From Ophelia neglecta (taxonomy: Eukaryota), in NCBI GenBank assembly GCA_965285935.1, contig OZ260663.1:50902001-50966000 (forward strand): a stretch of DNA of 64,000 nucleotides. Reading direction: 5' to 3'. Shown in pieces: positions 12,303-24,816 of this stretch (position 1 is the first letter of the stretch; each line of letters starts with the position of its first letter). A program made the position numbers and the translations under genes. The notes under the pieces are model-generated. The model saw only the letters and a list, made by a program, of their open reading frames with translations, had not been told where the DNA came from and made no database searches.

Positions 12303-15300
12303 ATGTCTCATAGCTGGGGATACTGCAAGGTCAATGGTAAGTTTGTTTTTTTGGACACTTTGATTCCTTGAAATTAGAAATAAGAAGCGTTGTAGGCTTA
12401 TGTACTTGTGTATAAACAAGACACTTGAGAGATAAGGAAAATATACACGCTCATTCACACACAACCGTACATCAGTCTTAACGACAAGTAATATATATAT
12501 ATTAGGTATAGTAGCCTTGTTTCTGGCTTTTTCATCGATGCAAAGCGCTAAATTTATTTAATATGCTTGTACTCACCGTATTAAGTTTTCAAGCAATAAA
12601 GTCAAGCAGATATGAAAAAATTATATAAGCCACCTAACAAACCATACCTTTTTCACCACTAGGCCCTGAAACATGGACCGATGTCGCCCCGGCCGCCAAA
12701 GGAACCAGACAAAGTCCTATCGATATCCTGCCCGCTCAAGCTAAGTTTGACAAGAAACTTAAGCTGAGGCCGTTCAACATATCTTATCATCCAGAGAAGT
12801 CCATAAAAATCTTCAACAATGGCCATTCCGTTCAAGTAGCCATTGATAGCCTTGGGTCACGTAAGAAAACAGCTTTTCCCTAATTTGTAGACTTTATGTT
12901 AAATAGTATCTTAACTCTTAAATCATTAACAGCTATTGCAATGCAATACAATAACGTTTTCTATTGTTATATTACTCCACTGCAAATATATGTTTTACAG
13001 ACCCTTATGTATTTATTTCCTGACAAATATGCAATTTTCATATCTCCATAATTGTCTCCGTTAATATTTTTTATTGTGACAGGTCTCGAGGGAGGTCCGC
13101 TGCTTCACAGCTACAAGGCTGCCCAGTTTCACTTTCACTGGGGTAAAACCAGCGACCGTGGGTCGGAGCACCGAATTGGCGGGAAGATGTACGCTGCTGA
13201 GGTACACTTGACACATTTTCTTCTAGTATTAAGACATAATATTTATTACTGTCGACTTGAACTTCAAAGCTTATCATATAGGGGAATATTTAATATAGTT
13301 ATTTTATCAAGTGCAGATAACCTTAAAATGGCAAAGATAATGTATACACGCCATGTCCCTTTTAACGATTAATTAGTTTAGTCTATATCATAGATAATGA
13401 TAATTATCTAGGTATCTATAGATATCTAGATATGAAGTCCTCTAGCTTCCTGCAGCAAATTTTTGTTAAAAGAGTTAAATATTAGCAAGCTAATTGTAGG
13501 TTTGATTTATTTAAAAGATTAACGATATTATGATGGTTAAAATACTAAAGAAACTTTTGAGGCTTCGTGGTATCATCCGTAATGGTTGTCTGTTTCTGAT
13601 TGCTTTAATAATTTTCAGAATTTAAACGTAGCTCTACACATAAGCTCACTTTTTCCTTTCCCCATCCAATCCACCTTTAGGGGCACATCGTTCATTACAA
13701 TTCTGACTTATTCCAAGACGTGGGCGAAGCTGCCCAATCAGAAAATGGTTTGTGTGTGCTGGGATTTTTTCTCAAGGTGAGAACTTTGACCTTTCAGTAA
13801 ATCTGAGTGAAACTAACCTAAACTATTGAATGGAAAAGTACTTTTGCATATATTTTTATCCTCGATCCAAGGGCAATACTATAGCATGTTTAAGTTACAC
13901 TGTTCAAACGACAAAATTGTAGGAGATTATTAAGATATTTGATTTTGCGCGGCGAATGGACGGGGCTTTCGCAGTTTCTATAAGTCTCTGATATTAAGGC
14001 ATGTAGAACTATTAGAATGTTATAAAATATTGATCTACTAATTACAGTGTAACCTGACAATTAGGGACAGCCAAGGGACTGGGATATCTGTCCTCTTTTC
14101 TCAGTTGTCCTTATTTCACAGGTTACTTTACATATAAATATTACAACTGTACTAAAAACAATGTCCTTAATAGTCAGTGTGTCCCTAATTGTCAGGTGTC
14201 CTTTAGGCCAGGTTTTACTGTAATTTTTTTATCAACCACAGAATAAGTATCCCTGAGCATAAAAAGGGCATATGTCTCCAAAAAATAAATCAGAATGATA
14301 GCGAATGAGTTATTCTATCCTTGTCTGGTTACTCGACAGGCAGGTAAAGAGCATCCGGGGTTTGCCAGGCTCGCCGAACTTATACCGAAAATACCAAACG
14401 CTGATGATTCGTTAGAACTGGAAAAGGGCTTTGACCCCGCGTGTCTCTTGCCAGGTAATTACTAACAAATTTTCTCACCAAAGCATCACTGCACTGTGGT
14501 CGTGCAGCATTTGTCAGCATTTGATCTTACTTTGCACATGGACTGCATTGAATTATGCTGAAAAATTGGCACGTCTGTCTTAATGATACATTAACTATGA
14601 AGGTCATTAATACTAATGCCGCCCTTTCATACTACTGAATTGCATTTTCAGATAACATCAGGGACTATTGGACCTACCAAGGGTCACTGACAACCCCACC
14701 ATGTTTCGAGTCTGTAACGTGGGTGGTCTTCAGAGAGCCTATTGAAGTTTCTGAAGAACAGGTGAGGATATACTTGGACAGTTTAAATTCAGTTTTATCA
14801 GCGATTCAATTAATTCACATTAGAATTTTAAGCAAGATACTCAATTTGTAATGCTAAGGTAGATATTGACTTACTTATATAAAATATGTAGGTGCCCAAT
14901 CTTACATCTTAAAACTGTCTCTAAGTCCTAATTAAAACATGTAACTGTTAAAATTCTAATTATTGTTCTGTTAAATAAAAATCAGGGACTTTGATATTTA
15001 GTTTTATTTCGCGGAATCCAGTAAATGCGTACATGCATGAACAGGTCTCTTCGACAATGACATTTAATTTAAAAATTTGACCTGATAACTTGTACCTGTA
15101 ATAATCGCCCTATTCCAAAAATGGTGTCTCCTACACATTCTTTCGACTTTTGCCATCGCGAAGGGGAGAGACGCTTTAGCTCTCGTTTTTTTGTTGTCTG
15201 TAGGACACCCAGACCACATTTAATTCCGTGTGGCCCGATGTTTTTTCCTTAAGTTACATGAGATGGGAGTAAGAGGCAAGCTGTGGAAGTTACTTAGATA

Positions 15301-16668
15301 TTCGTACTTTGAAATGTGTGCTCAGGTGGTTTAAAACGGCGGCAGGTCTAGGGAGTGCGCGTGGATTCTGCTCTTTATTGGGAATAATTTAGGGACTATG
15401 TTCTGTCAAATCTGCTATTTTAAGAATGGGTAGATTTTGACGCTAGATTAGATATTTTGCATTTGGTGGACTTTATTTAGTTGCGCTTTTCTTTATTCAA
15501 TTTTCTTCATTATTTCAACATATATATTTCCACGGGTTGTTTATATTAAGGAATACTTTTTTGTAAAATATTGTCATTATCTGCAATGTTTTTGTATGCT
15601 AAAGCATTCTTGGAATAGAGGAATAAAGATAATAATAATAATGATATAGATGAAGTTGCCCAAATCAATCAGCTCCTCTGCCACAGAGAGATAATTTGTA
15701 GATCAGCCTTACAAGCATGGATATCCTAGCTACTAAAAGAACATGCACTTAATTTTCGCGAGTTCCATTGGACGCGGATCAATTGGCGAAAAAAACATGC
15801 CACCAAATTTAAATGTGGCCTACTCGGTTTCTCCCTAATGGATGTTTAGTTTTTACAATACTAAGCTGCTACTCAATAAAACGCCTCTATTCAGAGACAT
15901 GCACGATATCTGAAAAAATGAGAATGTATCATGACACAGGTTTGTTTGTTTTGAACTACTCGATAAAAAGGAAATAATGGTTATTGGTCTTGGGTCCCTA
16001 TACAAGTATGCCAACGCGACGTTTTAAACACAATGCGCTGTGTTCAATTAAGAACACAAGGGTGTAAATATCCGCCTTATCCACACGCACTTTAATATAT
16101 CCTAGACCTGGGGGGGGGGGGGCATCACAGTTACCATACTGTATATATGGCGTGTACCTGTATGTAAGAGAGCATCAATCATGACAGAAACCGTTTTCTT
16201 TTCGACGAAAATAAACCAATATCAGAATAATCCCTTCCCGAACACATTTCTTTAAACCAAATATAGGCTATAACATTTTTATCAACACTGGTCCGAGTAA
16301 ACCCGTAAGTTACACAAACCTCTACTTCTGTGGTCTGCCGTGATCTGGGGCGGAAAAACAGCACAGCAGTAAATTTGAGCTAAGTCTTTCATGGGCTAAA
16401 AGTTTGGAAATAAAATTTTAAAATTATTTCCAAACATTTCAGTTTTAAATCAAAAGCAATTGAATGCCTCTAGTATTCAAAAGAACAAACATAGATGAGA
16501 TTCTATAATATTATATTTCTGTTTCAGCTGAACCTGCTGAGATCGTTAAAAACTACCCATGCAAGTGACCCGGTACCCGATGACGAGCTGCATGGGGAGA
16601 TGGTAGAGAACTATCGACCTCCACTTCCATTGGGGAACAGGCTACTAAGAGCTTCTTTCCCTAAATAG
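12303..16668 (+). CDS. Cytosolic alpha-carbonic anhydrase, paralog A (CA1/2/7/13-like), 7 coding exons, 270 aa
   Basis: Exons 12303-12336, 12663-12860, 13083-13201, 13681-13776, 14340-14454, 14652-14761, 16528-16668; all GT-AG, phases consistent, 813 nt. Protein MSHSWGYC...RQSPIDI...NNGHSVQV...QFHFHWG...GSEH...AEGHIVH...[13 protein letters not shown]...VTW...[11 protein letters not shown]...SFPK. Zn ligands H94/H96/H119, shuttle H64, E106 and T199 (human CA II numbering) are intact. No signal peptide. Confidence 0.97.
14045..14220. mobile_element. Tc1/mariner-pogo-type MITE in CA-A intron 4
   Basis: TIRs cagtgtaacctg ... caggttttactg, flanked by TA on both sides (14043-14044, 14221-14222); internal gtcct/gtccc repeats. 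Confidence 0.8.
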
Positions 16669-19600
16669 ACACAAGGAAAAGTGTCAGACTTTGTTGTCGG
16701 GGCAGGGTTGAGAGCAATATTTTCTTTTACATACTAGGCGTAGATTAAAAGTAGGCTTCCAATAGGCTATGACCGGGGCTATGACAAGTGGTTAAGCACA
16801 ATATACTAGGACATATCTGTATTAAAGCTTACGACCTGTATATTAGTAGATACCAGATTAACTGATCCACTGATAGTTTCCAAAGTGACAGAATGCATTA
16901 GGTATGTAGTACAAGAAAATAATTTTTAATTTACCAGTTACAATAACCTTGATGTCTGAATTTCCCATTGTGTTGAAGATGTGCTTGATCATTTACGGCA
17001 ATGTTTGTCAACCGAACATGCGCAAAGCTGCAATTGATTGGTTTCCGGTGACTTTTTACATTAATTTTTTAAATGCATTTTTTTTATCAATTATTAAAAT
17101 GGTTACAATTAAATACCGATATCGGTACTAGGGACTGCTTTCAGCGACATGCTAGATCGTTCTATAATTTGGCCCAATGTGTTGTTGTTAGGATGAAATG
17201 TGATAGTAATGGTTCCTATTAGCAATTGCCATAAGTTCACTAACTTTGAAATTTATCAACGGATTAAACAATAATTAATATAAAAGTTTTTCGTTGTAGA
17301 TGTGTACTACCACTAATGTTCACCTTATCTGCTTGTGTTGCTTTCACGGTGAAACTATTTAATGTTCAATGGCAATTAGCTTGTTTAAAAAGAAGACTTA
17401 AGACCCCCCCCTCCTCACATTGAGTTAATCTTTTCAAATTATTCATAAATATTTCAGCCGCAAATCCAGGGTGGTCTTCTCCACTTTATTTTACATTCTT
17501 TTTTTGCGCGCTGCCAAAACCCAAATTTTGAAATCTAAATGACATTTCACACCAATTTGTCTGCTTCTGTATGAAATCGATTGTTTAAAGGACTGTACTG
17601 TTTTATTTGGTAGCGAGGGGTCGAATATTTGGAGGGGAAGAGGGCACGTTTCCATACATCTTGTGTGATATTAGGGAATTTATCGGCCATGTGATAGGCT
17701 TAATGATAGACTTAAAGTTCGTTCTAGACTAAGTCACTAACTAAAGCGTTCCAAAATGTTGTGTTTTTACTTTATTAATAGATATATATTGATATAAAGA
17801 GATATTATTTATATATGCACAAGAGTATACACTGTTGCATTGTCCAAACATAGCTTGCCGAGGTGAAATATAATCACGATAATGGAATGTATTACAGCTC
17901 ACCGATATGTTGTATTATGATAGATGCTGATGTTGTTATCTTAGGCATAACAAATAAGCCGTCCGCTGTTTACCATGTTAAGCTGATAATTTCGAATAAA
18001 CGTTTACAAATAAGAGAGTCCTGTTTCATTTTTAATTTTTTGCAAGCAACACCAAATATATGGCTTCAAGTTCAGGCATAAATAATTTTACCTTAATCTG
18101 AGACCAAAACGTGCTTATATGCACAAATTCGGTTTACTGGCCTTAACATGTGAAGTTTTTAAATTGCAGAATAGGCAACAATTACCGGCTTTATAAAACA
18201 ATTTACTGCCCCCAATAGTGCTCGCTCAGGATAGGGCCACCCAAAACAGGTTGCTCGTGGTGAAAAGTCGCGTATGCCTTTCTCTCAGTTGTCACGGCAC
18301 GCGCTCAAGATTCGCGGCCTTCGTCAGGTGTACCAGCTGCCCTATGAGCCTATATGCGCTGGTGCTCAGTCACAATAAATGCGTGACTGTGTCACTTTGC
18401 AATGATGATATTTTATTGCACTAATTAGAAGATTAGGTTGGCCTTCCCCTTTCCTCCTGGGCTTTTCTTCTTTAGTATGCAGAAATCTTTTAAATCCTTA
18501 CAAATTCGTCTTCATTCTCATAATAATGGGTCAGCTGACTCAGCTTTGTACAACATAGACTCTTCCAGAGCATATTTCATCTCTTTCCTACTTTGATCAC
18601 TGACTTGTTAGTGCCCTGACTCGCATCATGATAAACTGATCGATACTCGGTTACCCTATCAATCCAAGCGATATCAATTTTATTCTATTGCAAGCTTTTT
18701 ATTAGTGGTGTGCTAGAGATTGGTGGGCTAATGTGCAACCATTGTTGGCAGGTGATCCTAGAGAGGTTTTTCTGGCTAGGGACCTAGGAGGGGCTTTTCA
18801 CTAAATTATAAGTATTCGTCTCAATTAAGACCAATTGTAAAGCGTGGAAATTGGGCGTTCCTAGCACCACCCAAAACGCGGAGAATTCGTGAAAAACATA
18901 TACCCTTTATCAATATCCGCGAGGACCGTGTTCTAGAGGTCATTGACACCGATTTGTGTGACACACATTTGATAAGCAAAAAAGGAGGAAGCTGTCTCCT
19001 GGGGCTTTGTAGACATATTTTTCCCGAACTGGAGGCATACCCGTGGAAAAGAAACAAAGTCAAGGGGTTATAAATGTATCAACACTTGGCCCCGGCATCG
19101 GGTTCTATCTGCAAAGGGCAGTTAAGCTATATAATGATAGTATAGCCCCTAGAAGGGGGGTCCTTCATGGTCAAACAAATTATAGTGTGGCATAAAATTA
19201 AACTTGTAATGAGTGTATGGGAGTGAAGCGACCCGTTTCTGATCGGCAATTAAATGCGCCTAATTCAGTCGAGTGGGGTCGAAAAGGAGCCAATCCCATC
19301 GATTCGAGTGGGGCGGAAGCAGTGTTATTATAAGCACTCGAGGTATAAGCAATTAAATTCGTAAATAATATGTAGGAGCCAATCCCCCCCCCCCCCAGTA
19401 GTATGGGGCGGAAATGGAGCAATCAATGTCGATTCGACTGGGAAGAAACAACGTTTTAGGCCTAGTGCAGTTCAGGACTTGTTTTTTAAGCGTTAGTGGT
19501 ATATATAGACTCCACCGCCATCAGAAGAGCTGGCGGGGCAAAAGAAAACCGGCCCCATCGATTCAAGTGGAGCAAGAATAATGTTATACTGTTACAGCAT

Positions 19601-21157
19601 TTTAAATTTATTCTGGAAGAACAAATTCAACGTACATCAGAATGAAACTTTCTTATAAAATGAAGGTAGGCAAAATGAGGCTAGATATTGTCAATGAGTA
19701 TACTGGTCAAACCAGCTCGAAATTGCCACTATGAACCGGAGGTGTCCGAACCATAGGGTCGTTAGCATAAGGGCTAGTGGTCTTTTAAGATTATAATCAG
19801 GAACTGTCAAGAAGATCAATTAGCACTTAAACGGAGGACCGAAATGCCAGTCATGCCACGCGTCGCTGGCATTCCCAAATCGTACTTAGCTTGGCTGTCC
19901 TTGTTAAGGTTAAGACCGTCCCGAGCGTTCAAAGGCAGGCTGGATTGGTTTGCAGGCCTCTGGTATGCCAAACCTTCAATTTGGGAAAGTGATTTCATGA
20001 TGATTCTTACTTGGGGCCAGGGAGTCTCAGTCTGGCCTAATGGGTGGGTGCCTTGGATGGTGCTGAGGGGCCAATATTCTTTTAGTTATGAGATAATTAA
20101 GATAACTTAACAGACACTAAAACGGCGGGGGTTAACTCGCGCGGGGCCTGATCATTTGCCCTTATGTCAGCGATGCCTTCGCCAAGCCCAGGAGCACTGG
20201 ACTATGCGATGGATGATCATCGGGGTGGGGGTGGGGGGGGGGGGGTGATTGGTCGATTGGTCAAATGATAGTTTGCAATCCCCAGCCCAGGCTCGGTCTT
20301 CTTTGCGGCGAAGAACTAAGGAGAAACTGAATATTAAGGTGCATCCGGTGTCCGCCATCTTGATACTAGGACGAACAAATTTAAGGGATGAGGGAACGAG
20401 GGGGAAATTAACTTAAAGCTAATAGGCCTATCCCTGAAAGGTTCCTGGAAGAGTCTCGCTCGTGGGTCGTGCGAATAGAGAAATGCTGAATGGACGAGAT
20501 CGACGGAGATTGATCACATAGTTTCTCGTTCCTCAATGATGGAGAAAACAGTGGCATAAATCAGGAGAGAAACAAAACATCCGACGCCGCAGTTGCTTCG
20601 AGGAAGGAAGACTCCTGCGCGCTGGGGGCTGACAGATCAAGATGAAGAAGTCCGTGATGTGTCGAGAAGAAGCCTGATTTTCCGGAAGTTCCAAGAAGAG
20701 GCGAGAAACAATTCGTTACGTCCGGTTGATGGAAAACAGAGTTGTCCACTGACTCACTCACTTCCTGTCGGCTTCCCTCTGACTGACGTAAGTTGGTTTC
20801 CATCTCCATCTAAGACTACGGGACTGGGAACTAGAGCTAGCCAAGCACATTAATTTCATTTGTTACACAAGTAACAGAGTAATATATAAAAAAAATCCAG
20901 GACATTAATTTAGATACACTTATCGTTGCAATTTTAAAGCAATTTAACTTTGCCATATAAAACTATGAAATAATAAGTAAAATAATACAATATAAAGTTA
21001 TAAATAGGCTCTAGTGATAAGTTCGAGAATTCTCTCTTCATTATCTGCCTGGTGACGTCTCGCGGGTGCTCTTCCTCCACAAACAACCCCCCCCCCTTCT
21101 GCAGATCTGTTGTTTGCCACGCACAGTGCGCTCTGTGTCAGGGGTCATAGCGAGACA

Positions 21158-21314
21158 TATAAAAGGAGGCCATCTTCAGGAACCCCGCCCGTTGTAATGC
21201 TTAGACCCTACTGTCCGGGCGAATCGCTTCCTTGGAGGCCCGTGAACGTAATCTTCACTGAGGCATGTTAAAAAAACGTTCAAAGTTGATTGCTTTATAC
21301 GATATTACGTAAGT
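21158..21314 (+). promoter_or_regulatory. Putative TATA promoter and non-coding first exon (distal, probably of CA-B)
   Basis: TATAAAAG at 21158-21165; CRE-like TGACGTC at 21053; GATA-like sites at 21015 and 21041; consensus donor C|GTAAGT at 21309. A compatible acceptor ttcttcttcag ends at 24739, upstream of the CA-B ATG. Confidence 0.5.
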
Positions 21315-24300
21315 AAATTGTGCTTTTACAATAACCGTCTCTTTTTTTAACTGCCCATTGCTTCCTGATAGTTTCCTTTTGGAGTCCTACGGCTTGGACA
21401 TTCTTTTAATATTGGTAAAATGATGAGTTTATGGCTGGCTCCCATGACATTTGACGTTTCACCTGGCGCCGCAAAATTAAGTTTAGGCCTAGGCCTATAC
21501 TTTCGAAATGGAGAAGCTAAATAACAGGGCAAAAGATAACAGGACTCATGCCAATTAAAACTGCTAGTTGAAGTAGTAAACACACGCGTTACTTTATAGA
21601 TTTCCCACTGCCATTAATCGATTGTTTGAAAACAATGGACGAGTTGGCATCATTTCGATGATGTTTAAAATATGCTGTAAGTTGGTAAAACTGGTATTTC
21701 TAATCTCAGCTATAGAACTGAATATACTGATGAACTATCAATTTTTCGAAAAGGCATGAACTAAAAAATACCGTGTTAGCACCAATTTAAAGGTTCAGTG
21801 CGCAAACAGAGCAAGTATAGTTATGGTGAACATATTCTCCTCTCCATGTCGCCTTGTTCTTGTTTATTAATCTTGTATAACTGATATTTTCCAGCCAAAA
21901 AAATATTCCTTAATTGGGTAATAACTTTAGCACGGATTTCCCCGACTCCCCACTCCCCTCTTTTTTACTTTAAAAATTTGGTTCGACACTACAACGATTG
22001 GCCTACAGTATTCATAATCATGTATGTTATTTTTCACTAGATACATGATTACTATCCAATGCCTTAATTATTTCATATTTACCTGGATTTGTTTAGTGAG
22101 TTGACCACGTACAGGCCTATGGATGCAACATAATTATTCAAACTGAAGGCCGGTACCTAACCCAGACTATTAGTTACCCCCTCGACCGCGTCCGACGAGG
22201 TCCGACAATAACCCCATCATCGGGCCCTACACCATCACCGGGCCCTGCATGTGTGGGGTATGCCATTGCCAACGAGAGAAACAAATTACTTTCCGGTTCC
22301 GAGGAATTAGTTAATGAATTACCAGGCAGGCATATACAAACGTATAAGCCCTACATGAGCATTTGTTCGGGGCATTGCCCAAACCTATAGGATTTTTCTA
22401 AGCTTTATAAGAACTTGCCCCCAGTAAATGTCCGGCAAACAAACTGTCTTTAAATGCGATATTGTTTTAACCACTTTAGTGGACATTTATAATTTATGCT
22501 TCTTCTTTGTGCCTGGCTCTAAATATGGCTGTTTTTCGCGGAAATCGGCTGATTCTGTAGAAGTGATGTTTTGTGTATAGGTAACATTTTTATCTTCTTT
22601 ACAGCTTTCAGGCAAATTAAGAAGAATTGCAAAAGGTCATTGGGTGGAACTTTTGCAGAAGTTGGCCTAATTATGTTAACATCAGCTAAAATGTCCTGGA
22701 ATTACATATAACACATTTCACCGACATATCTGCAAAATCTAACACCCACCTGATGTATAGGATCAAGAGAGGGGGGGGGGGATGTTTTTGCATCTCTTTT
22801 GGGGTCAGATTTCTTTTTTCAAAACTTGCATCAAAATTTGTCTCTGTATGATTCTGCCCCCCCCCCCCCCCACCCCCTGTTTGAGTGTGTGTTTTTGTAG
22901 GGGGGGGGGAGGGGGTAAACATTCATACAATGGGCCTGTGTCTTGTATCATTATTTTTCTGTTCAGCTCTAGGGGTGGTCTGTCTGTCTGCTGCGCACTT
23001 CCTGTCGTGCACATATTCTTGGTTTATTAGCCATATTTCCTTCCCTTTACATCATTTTGGGATTGCAACAGAAAAAACAGTAAATGTGTCTTAATTGCCA
23101 AAATATGTCACGCAGTGTTAAGAAAAGGCAGACCGAAGTTTGTCGTTTGGGGAGGGGCCTACTTTATTCAATGTTTTGCCTCTCTTTCACCGTTTACTGG
23201 CCCCCTCTGTTGATATATATTAACTATTTGAAACTCCCTAAATCAGCCACTAAAATTGAGGAGGGTGGGAGGTCACAAGATTTGTACCTGAAATTTGAGT
23301 GGTGGGGGTAACAAATTTGTATCGTTTTTTGAAACGTGCACCTGAGCTGTTCCATGTTGTTTTGCAAAATAACAAATACATCCCCCCCCCTCCCCCGGCA
23401 TACTTTATGAACATTCCCTTAGTTGTACTGTTTTTCGTGGTTCGACTAGTATATTAAATGTTTACAATAGCGACTTGTAAAATGGTTCTTCAAAGTCAAA
23501 TTCACCACCGATTTATCATTTTTCTTTTACGGATGTTGACATGTGTCATTAAAGTAGGATGCTATCACAGTGCAAATGTCAAAGCTGTAATTGTATAATT
23601 GATGATAAAGGTATTTCATTGTGCTAGTTTCAACAGCGAAAGCTCTAGTTGTTGTCAAGTGAAAACTGTGTCGGGATATACACAATTGACACTGGACACC
23701 ATTTTTTTACTTTGACACAATTAATTAAGTAATACTATATGGCTGTATTATATATGTCCCATATCGTCTGAAACACCACATGCTATGTGACAAATACTTG
23801 TAATCATGTTAGGAAGAAGATTTACTGTGTTGAAAATGGCCAATCACAATGGTATATTATATTTAAGCTTGTATATTAGTTTCTCATACCAAAACCACGT
23901 TTCTTACATATTGCTCCTTGTTCTAGTTTGTCTGTTTGTATATATTGGGCGGTGAGAGTCTCATGAACATAGGGAGGGAATACATATATTTTGACTTACT
24001 TGGTATCGTTATTTTTTTTAATTTAAATCGTTATGGTGAGTGTAGCTTAGTTCTAGCACAATTTGTTTCTGTTCTTCCGTAATGCGTAAAGGGAATTATA
24101 TTTTTCTGTTAGAAGTAATAAGATATACTCCCCTCTGTCCATACAACCTATCAAAAGTTTATATAAATCCCCTATATTGCTATACTATTATCACTATTCT
24201 ATTGTTTAGCCCTACATCGTATGGTATGACGTGGGTATGCTAGTAAAAGCTGTTAATTTTATCATTGAACACATGTCTGTTTTTTAATTCATGCCCGTAT

Positions 24301-24816
24301 GAGTGTAGAAATTGCACAGTAGAAACGTCGAGAAACATCTCATGGTATACTTGTACCTGAGAATTTTAAGATGACTTACTTTCCACGGGGCGCTGGTTTT
24401 TGCAGTTGTTTAGTAAAGTTGAACAGCGCTGGTCGTTTGATATTAAAACTATATACACGGTTAATCTGCTGTGTTATTTTAATATTGAGATATTTCTTTG
24501 AGTTTGGGTGTCATTTTTGCCGTCAAATCTACTTGTGGGTAAGAAAGCCAAACATTTTTTTTTATGGAGACGCATTTTTACAAGATATTTGTACGGGTTG
24601 GTCATCCATATGGCCCGCATTAGTTTACGAAACCCCTCAACTACCAATGTATCAATAAGAGGTCTAAATGCTGCTTAGTAAGATTGTTTATATAAATTAA
24701 ATGTCAAAGTATAAAGGGCCTTATAATATTCTTCTTCAGGCTTTTTGTTGACACCAGCAGCATCCTTAAATATATAGACTTTTGTAAGAATTCAATGGTC
24801 AGGACAGATGTAAATA

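Noticed and set aside
14337-14343. Tandem acceptor CAGGCAG at CA-A exon 5
   Set aside because: The second AG is 4 nt downstream and would frameshift; paralog B supports the first AG.
18821-19072. ~83-codon open stretch on the + strand (QLRPIVKRGNW...)
   Set aside because: No start, no splice signals and no recognisable motif; possibly decayed TE.
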